The notes under the pieces: generated by a model | Told to the model about the DNA's origin: nothing | Databases searched by the model: none | Seen by the model: the letters and a program-made list of their open reading frames with translations, nothing else | Shown: positions 32,401-38,430 of the stretch, one piece after another | Numbering within the stretch: the stretch's first letter is position 1 | Layout: each line of letters begins with the position of its first letter | Position numbers and translations under genes: made by a program | DNA from: a virus | DNA: 64,000 nucleotides | Direction: 5' to 3' (one strand) | Virus record (IMG/VR): IMGVR_UViG_3300021961_000020

Positions 32401-32912
32401 TTTTTATAAAATTCCTTTAGGAAGAGAGCACTTACATTAATGACAGTAGATCCAGAAGTATGAGGTGCTGCGACTGTCTTTTGCCAGGCTACATTACCAT
32501 CATTTCTGGAATTATATGTGCTAATTCCACTAAATCCTCTAGTACACCCAACAAAGGATGTGCTGGTTTTATCTGTGTAGGTGATAATTTCATTATCTAC
32601 CTTTAAAAGTCCATGACTTTTCGGATATCCATCAGTACTGCTAACATAGACAGTATCATCGGTCGTAGAGAGATCCGCAGTCAGATTAGTAGAACCTCGG
32701 ATTACATCCGTGGTTAAATTATCTAACTTAATGTATGCATCAATATTTTCAGCAATATCTGCAGGACCACCTTGATAGTCCTGAGAGATATAGTACTGTT
32801 TTAGGAATTCGACAAACGCAGGGTTCTCCGAAACTGCAAATTCAGGTACAGCTTCACTTACTACTTGATAAGTCTTGATTCTGGGACTTAAAGGCGAATT
32901 TGTCTCGATCAT
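20469..32912 (-). CDS. gp7: Baseplate wedge initiator (gp7-like giant cyanophage protein, 4147 aa)
   Basis: Between gp6 and gp8; VPEFAVSENPAFVEFLKQYYISQ...ARSLYEAKGT..SFKILFKALFG; IIGWAYDGNPIYGP; LDDHNGRF..TPEFPNG.YAYF; YYQNMSYAIES...HPAGMKNF. Confidence 0.85.
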   Translation of the reverse strand: MIETNSPLSPRIKTYQVVSEAVPEFAVSENPAFVEFLKQYYISQDYQGGPADIAENIDAYIKLDNLTTDVIRGSTNLTADLSTTDDTVYVSSTDGYPKSHGLLKVDNEIITYTDKTSTSFVGCTRGFSGISTYNSRNDGNVAWQKTVAAPHTSGSTVINVSALFLKEFYKKLKAMYAPGLEGVTLSPDLNINNFLKEARSLYEAKGTESSFKILFKALFGIDPKINDLEKFLIKPSYANYVRRKTISVELISGNPVNLIGETLFQDNDPINPNFNAASGPISEVSNIREGYYKISLFTGFDERSLTDGIFRVPGRTRNVGEVGLGASVITVDSTIGFSSTGTLKLGNPGDSYFQTVSYGTKSINQFFDVTPPVSTTIPDNSKISAPNIVYGYENGDLTKKVEMRITGVLNEFVTNQGLQNLDATSSIRVKNLGRYIDNPEVDKSYEEIFFNSWIYNTSSRYYVDSFSGSQFVLDGTIDKSSLKLGDKVELLLRGNTQVIASNLIVTNVNTTTRTVTLSGTIPTLNSFLSYDIRRVQNKATSTIVPIRGGQNQLLSDINNTYIISENESPSGKREAYVASSSLPSYPIITDKIHSVLINPSFALGNWDGFSSVENAYSIIAFSNNVPFKTGDKVYYTPGEGTPVIGGLAQGDYYVKVLSPANRIQLFSSLAFIKADLPVYFNPPDGLIGTHDFILSSQGAKNVFPSRPIRRFILEQDLESGKEEQTTSESTADGNTGMLINGTEVLNYKGEDSVYFGELKSIDILGSGTNYDVSFPPSITINEPNVSAANTAAALAVVSGNIKNILVDPVGFDIDTIISVEIYGGNGKGARGRAVTEERFRELSFSGISTLSGGDLNATNDVITFDDDHNLLTGDRIVYDNNGNSNLGIATTGSSKEELTLMSGQDYYVHANSEKSVSLYYSKNDAILGISSVQITEDAAAANNGLHILRTYEKRTALGRISVEDPGEGYTNRHLIVKSSGINTERDFVQFENHGFSDGEVINYAYDTSGITGLSTTKQYQVIKLDDNRFRLAESGNKGDRDPVTTNYSKGIHVYLDSSGSGYQRFYYPPVECKVKILTKNQKEEELTATPIVRGEIVDTILYEKGSNYGSTILNFENAPTISIPSGTLGQIAVIISNGRIISAFVLAGGTGYSGPPEVEVLSTSSTASGAVLRAEVANGVISSVKVISGGAGYTDATTTIRITPPGSGLKFRASLRRLIINKAYGLNQTQLNYLAPIGEGLAVNSIGYGNSIRSSFGDDGSGHSPIIGWAYDGNPIYGPFGLEDPDNIQSDVKRMVSSYEISSTNISNRPSTAIFPYGSFVADYVYKGSGDLDDHNGRFTKTPEFPNGIYAYFATVDNLYNPVFPYYIGDTFRSFAIRENTVRGLLIDQINFNFEKSALVRNTFPYNLFGDGKAYDYVFQPYNTNNQVSLPDKLGVGSVTSIEVLNPGEGYTVKDQFVFDETGTNGGGLSAEVQKIYGKTIDRVTSSITRFSNVPMEYNRNGIVFKVTPYHEFQTNDSVGISGISTYVRGLEGYNPINTPLFKTNLTDDGYTGIITDIRVDFISPVVSAGDSIGIGTEIMRLLNAFPSEKILRVERYAGFTTASAGAAVTFFNSKFTVPLTNIEPFKSRFQDIYYFNPKEAVGVGTTVGFSTSVNVSLNGVTKIRSILSQSIFLANHGLKNNDLITFDKRGNADIFATDSISPYTTPSALSGNYYVVKKTDSTIGIKTLPDGPELFFTNTGDNKANYSFVTNYAQETADVERSILTVVTEEDHDLEVNDKVTLTVRPGLTTGIGASTTAVVKYLDGQLIVNPIGISTTGINTTTNTFTVSDHNLETGFKVLAYGAGGISTSLPDGLEQRNYFVLRIDNDTFQLTDSKKQLRTNPPEVVSINDFGTEGQTLNPINPPIKVVRRNNLVFDLNDPSLVGSKLKIFYDRNYFNEYVGTGSTDNLEVVGFGTVGIGTTNPSDAPTLTVNYSRLLRHELYYGLERGGFMSTADRDVDDRIKIAYYDSAFTGNYTISGIGSTTFEATLVYEPEASQYLAKDCEVLEYTTTAIGATGGIAQVRLNNGGFGYSKFPAITSIGNSGTSAELQLISKSINLLESVSVPTDVYGYPADNTLKPDAFLPRVVKIKNADKVIEASVVYGGRSYLNAPSLVLYDLSSGEIVNNGLVTCDLSDSAVNTVNVVVQPRGLTNNDYGLAPLRNSNGISIIEAFSDVGVLTCKITTPILGYIDEPFTTGEIVYLEGIEFNNDGDGFNSGDYKFADFTIADYNSAVNPRQVTFTYTGLTTNVGTGATVRPGFGQIVKSNDLARFSVTKSFSEFAQNENLRRNDDLVTDLVLRSVDTATGVLVIEGSRPLEPDDVLVGTNSGDRAEVDVVEEFDGYFNISATIDTNLGWSDDIGLIGDSNQYLPDNDYYQNMSYAIESEKTYNEIVTYVNNIAHPAGMKNFANTQILSVGNAGESTQPADDAGGFVLDFISDPLRVDAIYGFDQSRDVDAADNVSKFVELRSTRLSDFILNKTNRVLVHDDISPLFVSNESNDLSDDRTIAAAVAGRNFSRYLVQTTHDAENPLNNQYQFNELILVVVNGNTYLLQKSHVNNTNNVGLATGYAEFFSFFNVNENVTELRIKPYETFDTDYDIKVLQQGFSSDVGIGSTNTGNVVNSSVNKVVSIGTTTEIIGFSTTTFVSGIGHFLVVDKADNKIDYHELVLQTDGVDTYLTELASFNTRQSLGGLSGPTFMGTFTSSIESGVVKIDYVHTNTTSVDIRCKFVSFENVGLGTTSVRHFNLEFTPEGTERTGRIVVGSSATTGIATVVGVSSNIDLSFKSTVHVSYGSTQTLHQFYVLSDPEKQDTFISQAPIAAVGTTTGIGTFGAEFSAGKVNLEFYPDPGVTGIVSIFSYNEILYKDLDPNGTLAGIGSFDYGKVFENVTQNTYLGINNRNIRTFDLTYQGTPIYERDLNPQNPTQIDYGTGLISFKHFFSNTEQVTYTPDSNIIGIAASALHYVTGYGSTELPSTVYIVKNNNSQFFISTTITDARLGIAVTFQPGTGSGNKHRFTMEKRDQKTILALGGIVQKPITYTQITYDLDVAVNGIVTSFALSGLSTITSGDLLKLEDEYTIVRTVGFASTSTGPITGIGTWSIAEVERGAVGTAATDHPAGTVGRIHRGAFQILNSQVHFTDAPLGGDLGITDPSNLPYPRASFGGRTYLRVDYGTNELFDDFSDQFDGLQNTFPLTATGAAVTGIGTTGGNGVLFINGIFQAPFGENNEGVSNFKIIEEPVSTAASIQFTGITSVGFTDLIIDPDDINQNQLPRGGIIISVASTPGRGYAPFEGASVRLEVGTGGTITNIIGVSTAGPSVNITEAFYDNRTGIMTVTTATSHNLLLEDQVKLVGLAFTCPGYGATYSVYDFQYDESTGIATVFTVGNHGLIAGDDVKLAYIGFSCSAPHAGVTTTIFPDGTQGYFYPVNSVGTTTSFVTNVGISTIAHTYAGGGQVQTGITTNIFPDHDDPFAVVGVISATQFKTNVGPSTFGHTYVSGGTAAQWHPLTFGSGYNTNTGTIGIAVTSSTGTGATITAVVGAGGSLVFSVVGPGTNYTEDDLVLPPDPNGENLPIVGVSRIGLGATTVTGVGCSVSVQIAGVSTSTGIGSNYYQVANWEFSKKGYGFKRGDIFTVTGLSTDPSAGDDFQQFELEVVDVFTDQVASWQFGNIDYLDNIKRYQNGDQKRFILEYQRSIVSFEIDRNDADSKEIDLSAVLLIFINGVIQEPGVNYTFNGGSVLEFSTAPTAEDNVVIFFYRGTIGQDSFLFDVNEVIKVGDSIRLNKSSEVELNRVSQSAENFAQSEDRIVKRIDSAVTVETPFYQGVGISNDNYKPLTWIKQKKDILIDGSVVSKARDSIEAQISPIASVIGVVSTTDAFIFVDSTALFKDTDGLLNENFNLAYIAEVGFGTTAVSGINFENMTGIEPLVANVQGYIGVVTGISTCPGIGTDLGLLIQFDVQSYVNDGNDPTGFGTNYPFKLYGTGINTAGAAVTSIDTHDTDIVGISTFNGDNIYYASAISFVPGSGSRLGVITANIASYTDTTDFVGVGSTAGPYCYFTWGRFGDISRGTPAVYANLKGLNYDPQLNNYPIVQRRGVGLRGTGGLPKRL

Positions 32913-32913
32913 C

Positions 32914-34833
32914 CTACTGTCTAATTAGCGATCCGTTGGAGTAGCTAGAAGTGACTTGATATCCAATGCCAGAAATTTGCTGACCAGAAGAAATCGTATC
33001 TCTCACGATATTTATCTCAGAGTTTGAGAGGTCTAGACTCAAGTAAAGATCCTTAAGACCAATAACATCATTTGATTCTGGATATGCTTGAACCTCTACG
33101 GTATCGTTGCCCTTAAGGGTGCTTGTAATATTGACCGCATTGATCAAAATCTCCCCTTTAAGGTAATCTACAGTTCCTGCAGACTTAATAACAACTTCTG
33201 CAAACCCACCCTCAACTTTGGGTGGTTTGAAAATAGCAATATCGCCATATTGACCATCACCTCTAGGAATATCGGTCAAATAGACAATTTCTGTGCTACC
33301 AGCAATCGTGAATCCTGTAGATTTAATGGTTCCTCCACCAGACAGAATGTGGAAGCGGTTACCAAAGCACAATTCATATTGCGCGACCTGATTGACGAGG
33401 CATTTCAGGTCTCTACGAACTTTAACACGCATAATGTTCGATGTGATCGAACTATTTGCACGATCTACGACCCTTTGTGCCTCAGAATACTTAAATCTGC
33501 CACCAAACTTATTAAGATTTGCAGAACCACCGTATTCTGTCAATGCCTGAAGAATTTCTGCCTTCAATTCGCTGGCATCATCGAAAACACTGTTGTTGTA
33601 ATAAACAGCAGTGTCAAGTTCAACATAGAGAAGTTTCAAATCTTCGATTCTTTGATTAATTCCAGCAATCGAGTAACTCTTGAGTTGTCTTAAAATGTTT
33701 TGTTTGGTAAAATCGGACAAAAATGTGCCGTTTCTAGGTTTGATACTCAAAACCACCGTTCCGAACTCTGGGGGATCTAATTCTTCCCCACCGACAACAG
33801 AAACTGACTCAGTATTCGGATAAATGGACTGAACGATCGCTTCATAATCGCGTGGTGTGACCGCTCTGTTCTGCGCTGAGTACATTCTAGGGGCAAAGTA
33901 CCTAACAGAGTCCACAGACTCGATATCTGCCCCATTACGGGCACTCTGAGAGGTGATTACACTTACTACTGAACGAGGAGCAATGCTAGATCCAGCGTCA
34001 TTTACAATATTTCCCGAAAATGCAAAATTTCTACCTTCGTTTCCTGCTTTTCCATCAGTAATGATGTAAGAAATGTCTACAGTATCTCCAACTTCTAACT
34101 TAGTTCCAAAAATTCCATCACCGAAGAGTAATTCGTAAGTCTCATTCGACGATTCTTGAATTAAGAAGATATTTGAGTCGGATTTTATATCAATAATGTT
34201 ATCTACCTTGGAAAAAGCAAGACCAGCAGATGCTCCAGACTTTCTAACTGTTACTCTGAGGGTGCCAATGTCAACAAATGGGTTTTCAATCAAAAATCTT
34301 TGATCTGTACTCCCATCAACGACCCATTGCTTAGTTAAAAGTGTCCCTTGATATACAGTTAGACCAGAAAATCTTGCAGTGCGCGGAGGATTTGCACCAG
34401 CAACACCTCCAGCATCAATCGGACTGGCAACCGTTACATCTTCTGGGATAGAAAAGACATAAGAAGTATTATTTACGCTTCCAACTACGACTAATCCGCG
34501 CTTAAGGGTTACTGTTGTGGAGTTTCCGTCAAAAGGATAGTTAAAATCAATAACTGCTTCCGCGCTTTTTCTAGATCTGGGTACATATCCAATGTTTCTT
34601 GCGAGAGAAACGACATTTTCTCTTAAAGTTGCAGAGTCAAGGAACGATTCATTAGCAACCATGTTGCTATTGAACGCGGTAATGTAGGTATTGTATGCCA
34701 ATATGTCAATTAAAATCGACATATTAGACCCTTCGAAGTCAAAATCAGAAAAATCTGAATTTGATTTCAGGTAATCTTTGATCGACTGCTTAATTTGGTC
34801 GAAATCTAGGTTAGTATACTTGAAGGATGGCAT
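32914..34833 (-). CDS. gp6: Baseplate wedge subunit (T4 gp6-like)
   Basis: LDFDQIKQSIKDYL...FSDFDFEGSNMSILIDILAYNT...ESFLDSATLRENVVSLARNIGYVPRS...SAQNRAVT..DYE. Confidence 0.95.
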   Translation of the reverse strand: MPSFKYTNLDFDQIKQSIKDYLKSNSDFSDFDFEGSNMSILIDILAYNTYITAFNSNMVANESFLDSATLRENVVSLARNIGYVPRSRKSAEAVIDFNYPFDGNSTTVTLKRGLVVVGSVNNTSYVFSIPEDVTVASPIDAGGVAGANPPRTARFSGLTVYQGTLLTKQWVVDGSTDQRFLIENPFVDIGTLRVTVRKSGASAGLAFSKVDNIIDIKSDSNIFLIQESSNETYELLFGDGIFGTKLEVGDTVDISYIITDGKAGNEGRNFAFSGNIVNDAGSSIAPRSVVSVITSQSARNGADIESVDSVRYFAPRMYSAQNRAVTPRDYEAIVQSIYPNTESVSVVGGEELDPPEFGTVVLSIKPRNGTFLSDFTKQNILRQLKSYSIAGINQRIEDLKLLYVELDTAVYYNNSVFDDASELKAEILQALTEYGGSANLNKFGGRFKYSEAQRVVDRANSSITSNIMRVKVRRDLKCLVNQVAQYELCFGNRFHILSGGGTIKSTGFTIAGSTEIVYLTDIPRGDGQYGDIAIFKPPKVEGGFAEVVIKSAGTVDYLKGEILINAVNITSTLKGNDTVEVQAYPESNDVIGLKDLYLSLDLSNSEINIVRDTISSGQQISGIGYQVTSSYSNGSLIRQ

Positions 34834-34837
34834 TTTT

Positions 34838-35236
34838 TTACCTAGTTGACTCTAGAATAAACTCAAATTCTTGACTATCAAAACTTTCGCCAACAATATC
34901 GTAGGCAATTCTAATATCAAAGGAGTTATCATCTGGACTTGGGTTAACTTGGACCTTAGTATTGGCAATTCTTCCCTCAAAACCAGATAAGACATCGATA
35001 ATTTGTTGAGAAATTACCCCTGCCGAACCATAATCCACAAAATCAAAGAGAGAACGAGTCACATCCGTCCCAATATTGGACGCAAATGGTCGTTCTCCTA
35101 CAATTGTTTGCACTAAATTCCTAACAGCACGCTTAATTGCCTTCTCATTCTTGAGAATAGGCAGATCTCCTGTAACAGGATGCGCTTTAAAGGTCAAATC
35201 AATGTCCTTAAACGCCCGTGAGTTAGACTCAGCCAT
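34838..35236 (-). CDS. gp25: Baseplate wedge subunit (T4 gp25-like)
   Basis: FKDIDLTFKAHPVTGDL..LKNEKAIKRAVRNLVQT..GERPF...FEGRI; precedes gp6. Confidence 0.92.
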   Translation of the reverse strand: MAESNSRAFKDIDLTFKAHPVTGDLPILKNEKAIKRAVRNLVQTIVGERPFASNIGTDVTRSLFDFVDYGSAGVISQQIIDVLSGFEGRIANTKVQVNPSPDDNSFDIRIAYDIVGESFDSQEFEFILESTR

Positions 35237-35259
35237 GAATTGGCACTATATATCGAGAT

Positions 35260-35267
35260 TATTTATA
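35260..35267 (-). promoter_or_regulatory. T4-like late promoter TATAAATA for the gp25-gp6-gp7 operon
   Basis: Exact TATAAATA on the minus strand, 24 nt upstream of the gp25 ATG. Confidence 0.8.
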
Positions 35268-35502
35268 CCTTCTTCCCGTAGCTTGGTTCTGTACCATACT
35301 CCCAATCGTCGTAATCTTCATCATTACGAATCTGTTCGTGGAGTAAAGTCTGTTTTTTTAAGTCGTGTTTGTGATCTCCGACTACTTCACGCAATAAATT
35401 GTCGGATTTTGGGTCTGTAATAAGATATTCGGTTCCAAAATCTTCCCGCATCATGTCACGATTGTGGTCGGGAACAGGATGATTAGACATTTTGTCCTCC
35501 AA
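35263..35502 (-). CDS. Conserved cyanophage hypothetical protein
   Basis: HPVPDHNRDMMREDFGTEYLITD...LLREVVGD; GGAGG Shine-Dalgarno precedes the ATG at 35490, the likely start. Confidence 0.65.
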   Translation of the reverse strand: MEDKMSNHPVPDHNRDMMREDFGTEYLITDPKSDNLLREVVGDHKHDLKKQTLLHEQIRNDEDYDDWEYGTEPSYGKKV

Positions 35503-35549
35503 AAGTTCGTTTTGAGAACTTTTAAAGGGGTTGCTATCCCTAAAATTAT

Positions 35550-36320
35550 TTATTCTGCGTTAATACAGCGAGGATCGCACTCATATTGACCGCAATTAGG
35601 GCATGCAACCCTTACAAGTGATTGAGTAAAGTCGTCTGGAATGTCTGGATACATGGAATTTAGGTAATCCTGTTGAATTTCTTCCTCAGTTTTCCAAAAA
35701 TACTCAGTATTATCACCCAATCTACCCCATCTTACACCTTGTTCGACTTGGAAAATGTGTGTACTGACCTTAAAATCAGGAACGAGCGGCGTTTCGGGGG
35801 TGAGAGACAGGTCATAGATCCTTGTTCTATTGTTAGGATAGAGACAAAACTGCCCATTGTCAAGTTCTATGCAATTATGAGACTTATGTTCGTCAGGAAT
35901 TTCACTGACATTGCAGTTTGTAGTGTCTAAGTCAGGGTGAAAGTTATCTAAGGTGAACTTGTATGCCCCTTTAAGGGTCCCGAAATTGCGTGTGCGTACC
36001 TCGAAGTCCATTGAAGTGATAAAGGACTTCTCAAGGCATCTGACGCCATAGTCCATACAGTTCCAAAACTGTAGATTAGGGAGGTCTAGATCAGGGTCAG
36101 GCAGTTCGGGACGCGCCAAAAAGGCAGAAATAGGGAGTTTGTCATACATTGCACCATACTTAGGCAAGTATGTCTCAAAATAAAAAGCGCGTCCAGGGAT
36201 CGACTTAACCGATACCCAGACGCCCTCTACAAATTCACCATATCCATCGTGGAAATCTCTAAGGTATTCTTTACGAACCCAGACTTTCTGCGGGGGAAGA
36301 TTGATGATTAGTTGACTCAT
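35550..36320 (-). CDS. Conserved cyanomyophage hypothetical protein with C-terminal CxxC-x3-C tail
   Basis: NLPPQKVWVRKEYLRD...GEFVEGVWVSVKSIPGRAFYFETYLP.YGAMYDKLPISAF...EHKSHNCIEL.NGQF.LYPNNR. Confidence 0.75.
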   Translation of the reverse strand: MSQLIINLPPQKVWVRKEYLRDFHDGYGEFVEGVWVSVKSIPGRAFYFETYLPKYGAMYDKLPISAFLARPELPDPDLDLPNLQFWNCMDYGVRCLEKSFITSMDFEVRTRNFGTLKGAYKFTLDNFHPDLDTTNCNVSEIPDEHKSHNCIELDNGQFCLYPNNRTRIYDLSLTPETPLVPDFKVSTHIFQVEQGVRWGRLGDNTEYFWKTEEEIQQDYLNSMYPDIPDDFTQSLVRVACPNCGQYECDPRCINAE

Positions 36321-36474
36321 TGTCTTGTGTGTAAGTTGCTGGATGGAAATTACAATACTCGTTGAAGGTAATCTTCATCTCTTTATTACTTAGGTTACAA
36401 TGCTGTGCTGCCTTAGGAAGATTCCATTTGGCAGTGAACAGCATTTCCATTGCTTCACGAGTTTCTGGTCTCAC
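36271..36474 (-). CDS. Conserved cyanophage hypothetical protein (possible HTH)
   Basis: MRPETREAMEMLFTAKWNLPKAAQHCNLSNKEMKITFNEY. Confidence 0.65.
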   Translation of the reverse strand: MRPETREAMEMLFTAKWNLPKAAQHCNLSNKEMKITFNEYCNFHPATYTQDNESTNHQSSPAESLGS

Positions 36475-36617
36475 TTACCTTGACCACGATACTTCTTCTT
36501 AGCCGAGTTACGCGCCGTCGCGCTATATTTTGTATTCTTAGAGTTGCCTTGACGAGTGTTTTTGGGTTTGTGCTCAATGATCTTTTTGTTGGTCAGAGAG
36601 GACTTCATTTTAGCCAT
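36471..36617 (-). CDS. Small highly basic protein, 48 aa (not in ORF track)
   Basis: MAKMKSSLTNKKIIEHKPKNTRQGNSKNTKYSATARNSAKKKYRGQGK; coupled to the next ORF. Confidence 0.7.
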   Translation of the reverse strand: MAKMKSSLTNKKIIEHKPKNTRQGNSKNTKYSATARNSAKKKYRGQGK

Positions 36618-36768
36618 TTTCTTTCATCCTATAAGAAATATCGTGGAGAGCAGGAACTCCTGTTTCGTAATGATTATACGCGAGTTCCTGCATAATGTCA
36701 AAGAATTCGTCTTCACTTACATCGGTGTACCTCTCAGTACCTTCTATGTAGATCGTGTAGACTGTCAT
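36610..36768 (-). CDS. Hypothetical protein, 52 aa (not in ORF track)
   Basis: MTVYTIYIEGTERYTDVSEDEFFDIMQELAYNHYETGVPALHDISYRMKENG; fills the gap within the operon. Confidence 0.6.
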   Translation of the reverse strand: MTVYTIYIEGTERYTDVSEDEFFDIMQELAYNHYETGVPALHDISYRMKENG

Positions 36769-36774
36769 ATTATA

Positions 36775-37527
36775 TCAGATGACACGCATCTTTTCGTGAC
36801 CGACTCTAATACGAGGGTCGCACCAGATCTCGTAACCTGCTTCGATAGCGTCGAGACAGAAACTCACATCCTCGCCGCACATGTCCTGAACATCGCCAGA
36901 CTCAAAGACTTGCATCTTCGGAGCAAACCAGGGATACTTCATCTCAGGGTTCTCAAAGACTCCATGCTTAATGAGCACCCATCCGAAACCAGTGTAGTCA
37001 ACCGTGAAGGGCTTCTTACGCTTGGACATCGTTTCGCCAGTCTCGTGATTCATGACGCCACCGTTGTTACGGAAGTCACCTTCCTCCAACCAGTGTGCTA
37101 CAGAGGTGGTACGACCGTCTTCAGTCATGTACCAACCAGCAGCAATGTCCTTGTCCATGAGAACCAGCTGCAGGAACTTCTCGGTGTTGAAGACAATATC
37201 CGAGTCAATCCACAGTTGGTAGTCATACTTAAGTTTGCCATCCCAGGGAATCTGATCAGGACCCCGAAGGACATTCGCGCCCAGACACTTACAACGAGCA
37301 AAGTTAACCATGCTGCTGTAGTCTTGGGAAATCTGAATACTTGCCCCCATCTGAACCAGATCAAAGCTCAGTTGAAGGAAAGACTTCAGGAATTGAAAGG
37401 AGCAACCACGACCAGGAAGACAGAAGACGATTGCTTTACCACGGAGCATCTCCCGTGCGGCATCATAATCCCATTCTTGTTCTTTCTGTTCTGGCGCTTT
37501 TGCTTTTACAGTAAATCCTTTAGCCAT
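36775..37527 (-). CDS. Putative glycosyltransferase (GT-A fold), conserved in cyanomyophages
   Basis: IVFCLPG...SSMVNFARCKC...YDYQLWIDSDIVF (DxD motif)...VDYTGFGWVLIK.GVFE...GEDVSFC.DA..AG.EIW.DPRIRVGHEK. Confidence 0.75.
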   Translation of the reverse strand: MAKGFTVKAKAPEQKEQEWDYDAAREMLRGKAIVFCLPGRGCSFQFLKSFLQLSFDLVQMGASIQISQDYSSMVNFARCKCLGANVLRGPDQIPWDGKLKYDYQLWIDSDIVFNTEKFLQLVLMDKDIAAGWYMTEDGRTTSVAHWLEEGDFRNNGGVMNHETGETMSKRKKPFTVDYTGFGWVLIKHGVFENPEMKYPWFAPKMQVFESGDVQDMCGEDVSFCLDAIEAGYEIWCDPRIRVGHEKMRVI

Positions 37528-37550
37528 AATGTGTGTACTAGTACTTCATC

Positions 37551-37579
37551 ATTCTAACAGTATTATGTAGGTTAGTCAA
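37551..37579 (-). promoter_or_regulatory. sigma70-type promoter for the glycosyltransferase operon
   Basis: TTGACT-17 nt-TAGAAT with TG extended -10 on the minus strand. Confidence 0.7.
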
Positions 37580-37743
37580 TATGACGCCTCTCTGAATTTT
37601 TTATCTTCTACTGCAACAATCTCATGGTCCACAATATCAATCTCATCATTCAGAACTTTCTCTGCAAGAGAGTGATTACTGAGACTATGAGCGACGACTT
37701 TGTTGTCTTTATCGTAGACATGAAAGATAGTATCATTCGTCAT
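37576..37743 (-). CDS. Hypothetical protein, 55 aa (not in ORF track)
   Basis: MTNDTIFHVYDKDNKVVAHSLSNHSLAEKVLNDEIDIVDHEIVAVEDKKFREASY. Confidence 0.6.
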   Translation of the reverse strand: MTNDTIFHVYDKDNKVVAHSLSNHSLAEKVLNDEIDIVDHEIVAVEDKKFREASY

Positions 37744-37912
37744 GATATTCCTCCTCTAGGAACACTCCATCGGCATCGAGATTCATGATGATCTCAGTGC
37801 CTTCATACCAATCCAGTTCATTACAGAAACTCTCAGGTAGACTTACAACATACTCACTGAAAACTGGATCGAACCTTATGGCGGTTTTAATTCTGTGAGA
37901 TTTTTTTTCCAT
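37733..37912 (-). CDS. AbrB/MazE-like swapped-hairpin DNA-binding protein, 59 aa (not in ORF track)
   Basis: ...DPVFSEYVVSLPESFCNELDWYEGTEIIMNLDADGVFLEEE fits the AbrB pattern (x)V.LP..(F/I)...L.W..G..(hydrophobic). Confidence 0.6.
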   Translation of the reverse strand: MEKKSHRIKTAIRFDPVFSEYVVSLPESFCNELDWYEGTEIIMNLDADGVFLEEEYHDE

Positions 37913-38039
37913 TCTATGAACCTGTGAGTCAATTTTATATATGGAAAATTTTTTTTATTAGAGTGATATAGCTCTCTCGAATTTGGTTCGTTGTAGGTTA
38001 GAAGGACCCATCGAATTTAAACCACTGTCTTATAAGAAT

Positions 38040-38420
38040 CAGTGTGATACTCAGTGATACTCAGAGCACTGCATGTAGGTCCCCCTCAGTGTTACTCAGA
38101 GTGTCACAGAATGACTGTCAGTTCTTTATAGTCTATGGCATGTGATTGGAGTGCCTGTGCTGTCTACCTGCACATTCTACCATGTACTGCCAGACTATGC
38201 AATGTGTCTCAGTGGGTCTCATTGGTCCTGTGTGGGATTTTGTACTTTTGTGGGGGTAATACTTGACAATCTGCGAGTTCCATAGTACACTCGCTAAGTC
38301 AACATCCTCTGAGCACCTTTTTGACACATTTATTACTCAATGAACAAAACACGCAACTACATTTTTTTAACTATTTTAAATGTTTCCGCATAACTCACTC
38401 AGAGGACACTCAGAGACACT
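38040..38420. repeat. Short iteron-like repeats ((A/T)CTCAG(A/T)G) in two clusters in a gene-free region
   Basis: gatactcagt-gatactcagag at 38046-38065; ctcagtgttactcagagtg at about 38085-38103; actcagagg-acactcagag-acactcagagg at 38397-38425. Confidence 0.6.
38263..38291 (+). promoter_or_regulatory. Consensus sigma70 promoter oriented opposite to all flanking genes
   Basis: TTGACA (38263-68), 17 nt, TACACT (38286-91). Confidence 0.7.
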
Positions 38421-38430
38421 CAGAGGGGTG

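Noticed and set aside
20469-32912. Size of gp7 (4147 aa) considered as a sign of intein, intron or fusion
   Set aside because: Giant gp7-like proteins are typical of cyanomyophages; no intein (C...HN) or homing-endonuclease motifs were seen.
36556-37557. 333-aa plus-strand ORF
   Set aside because: It fully overlaps the motif-supported glycosyltransferase on the opposite strand.
37915-38430. tRNA or other known structured RNA in the intergenic gap
   Set aside because: No cloverleaf, TTC(G/A)A T-loop context or CCA end was found by eye; the 64-aa ORF at 38133-38327 has no support and is not annotated.
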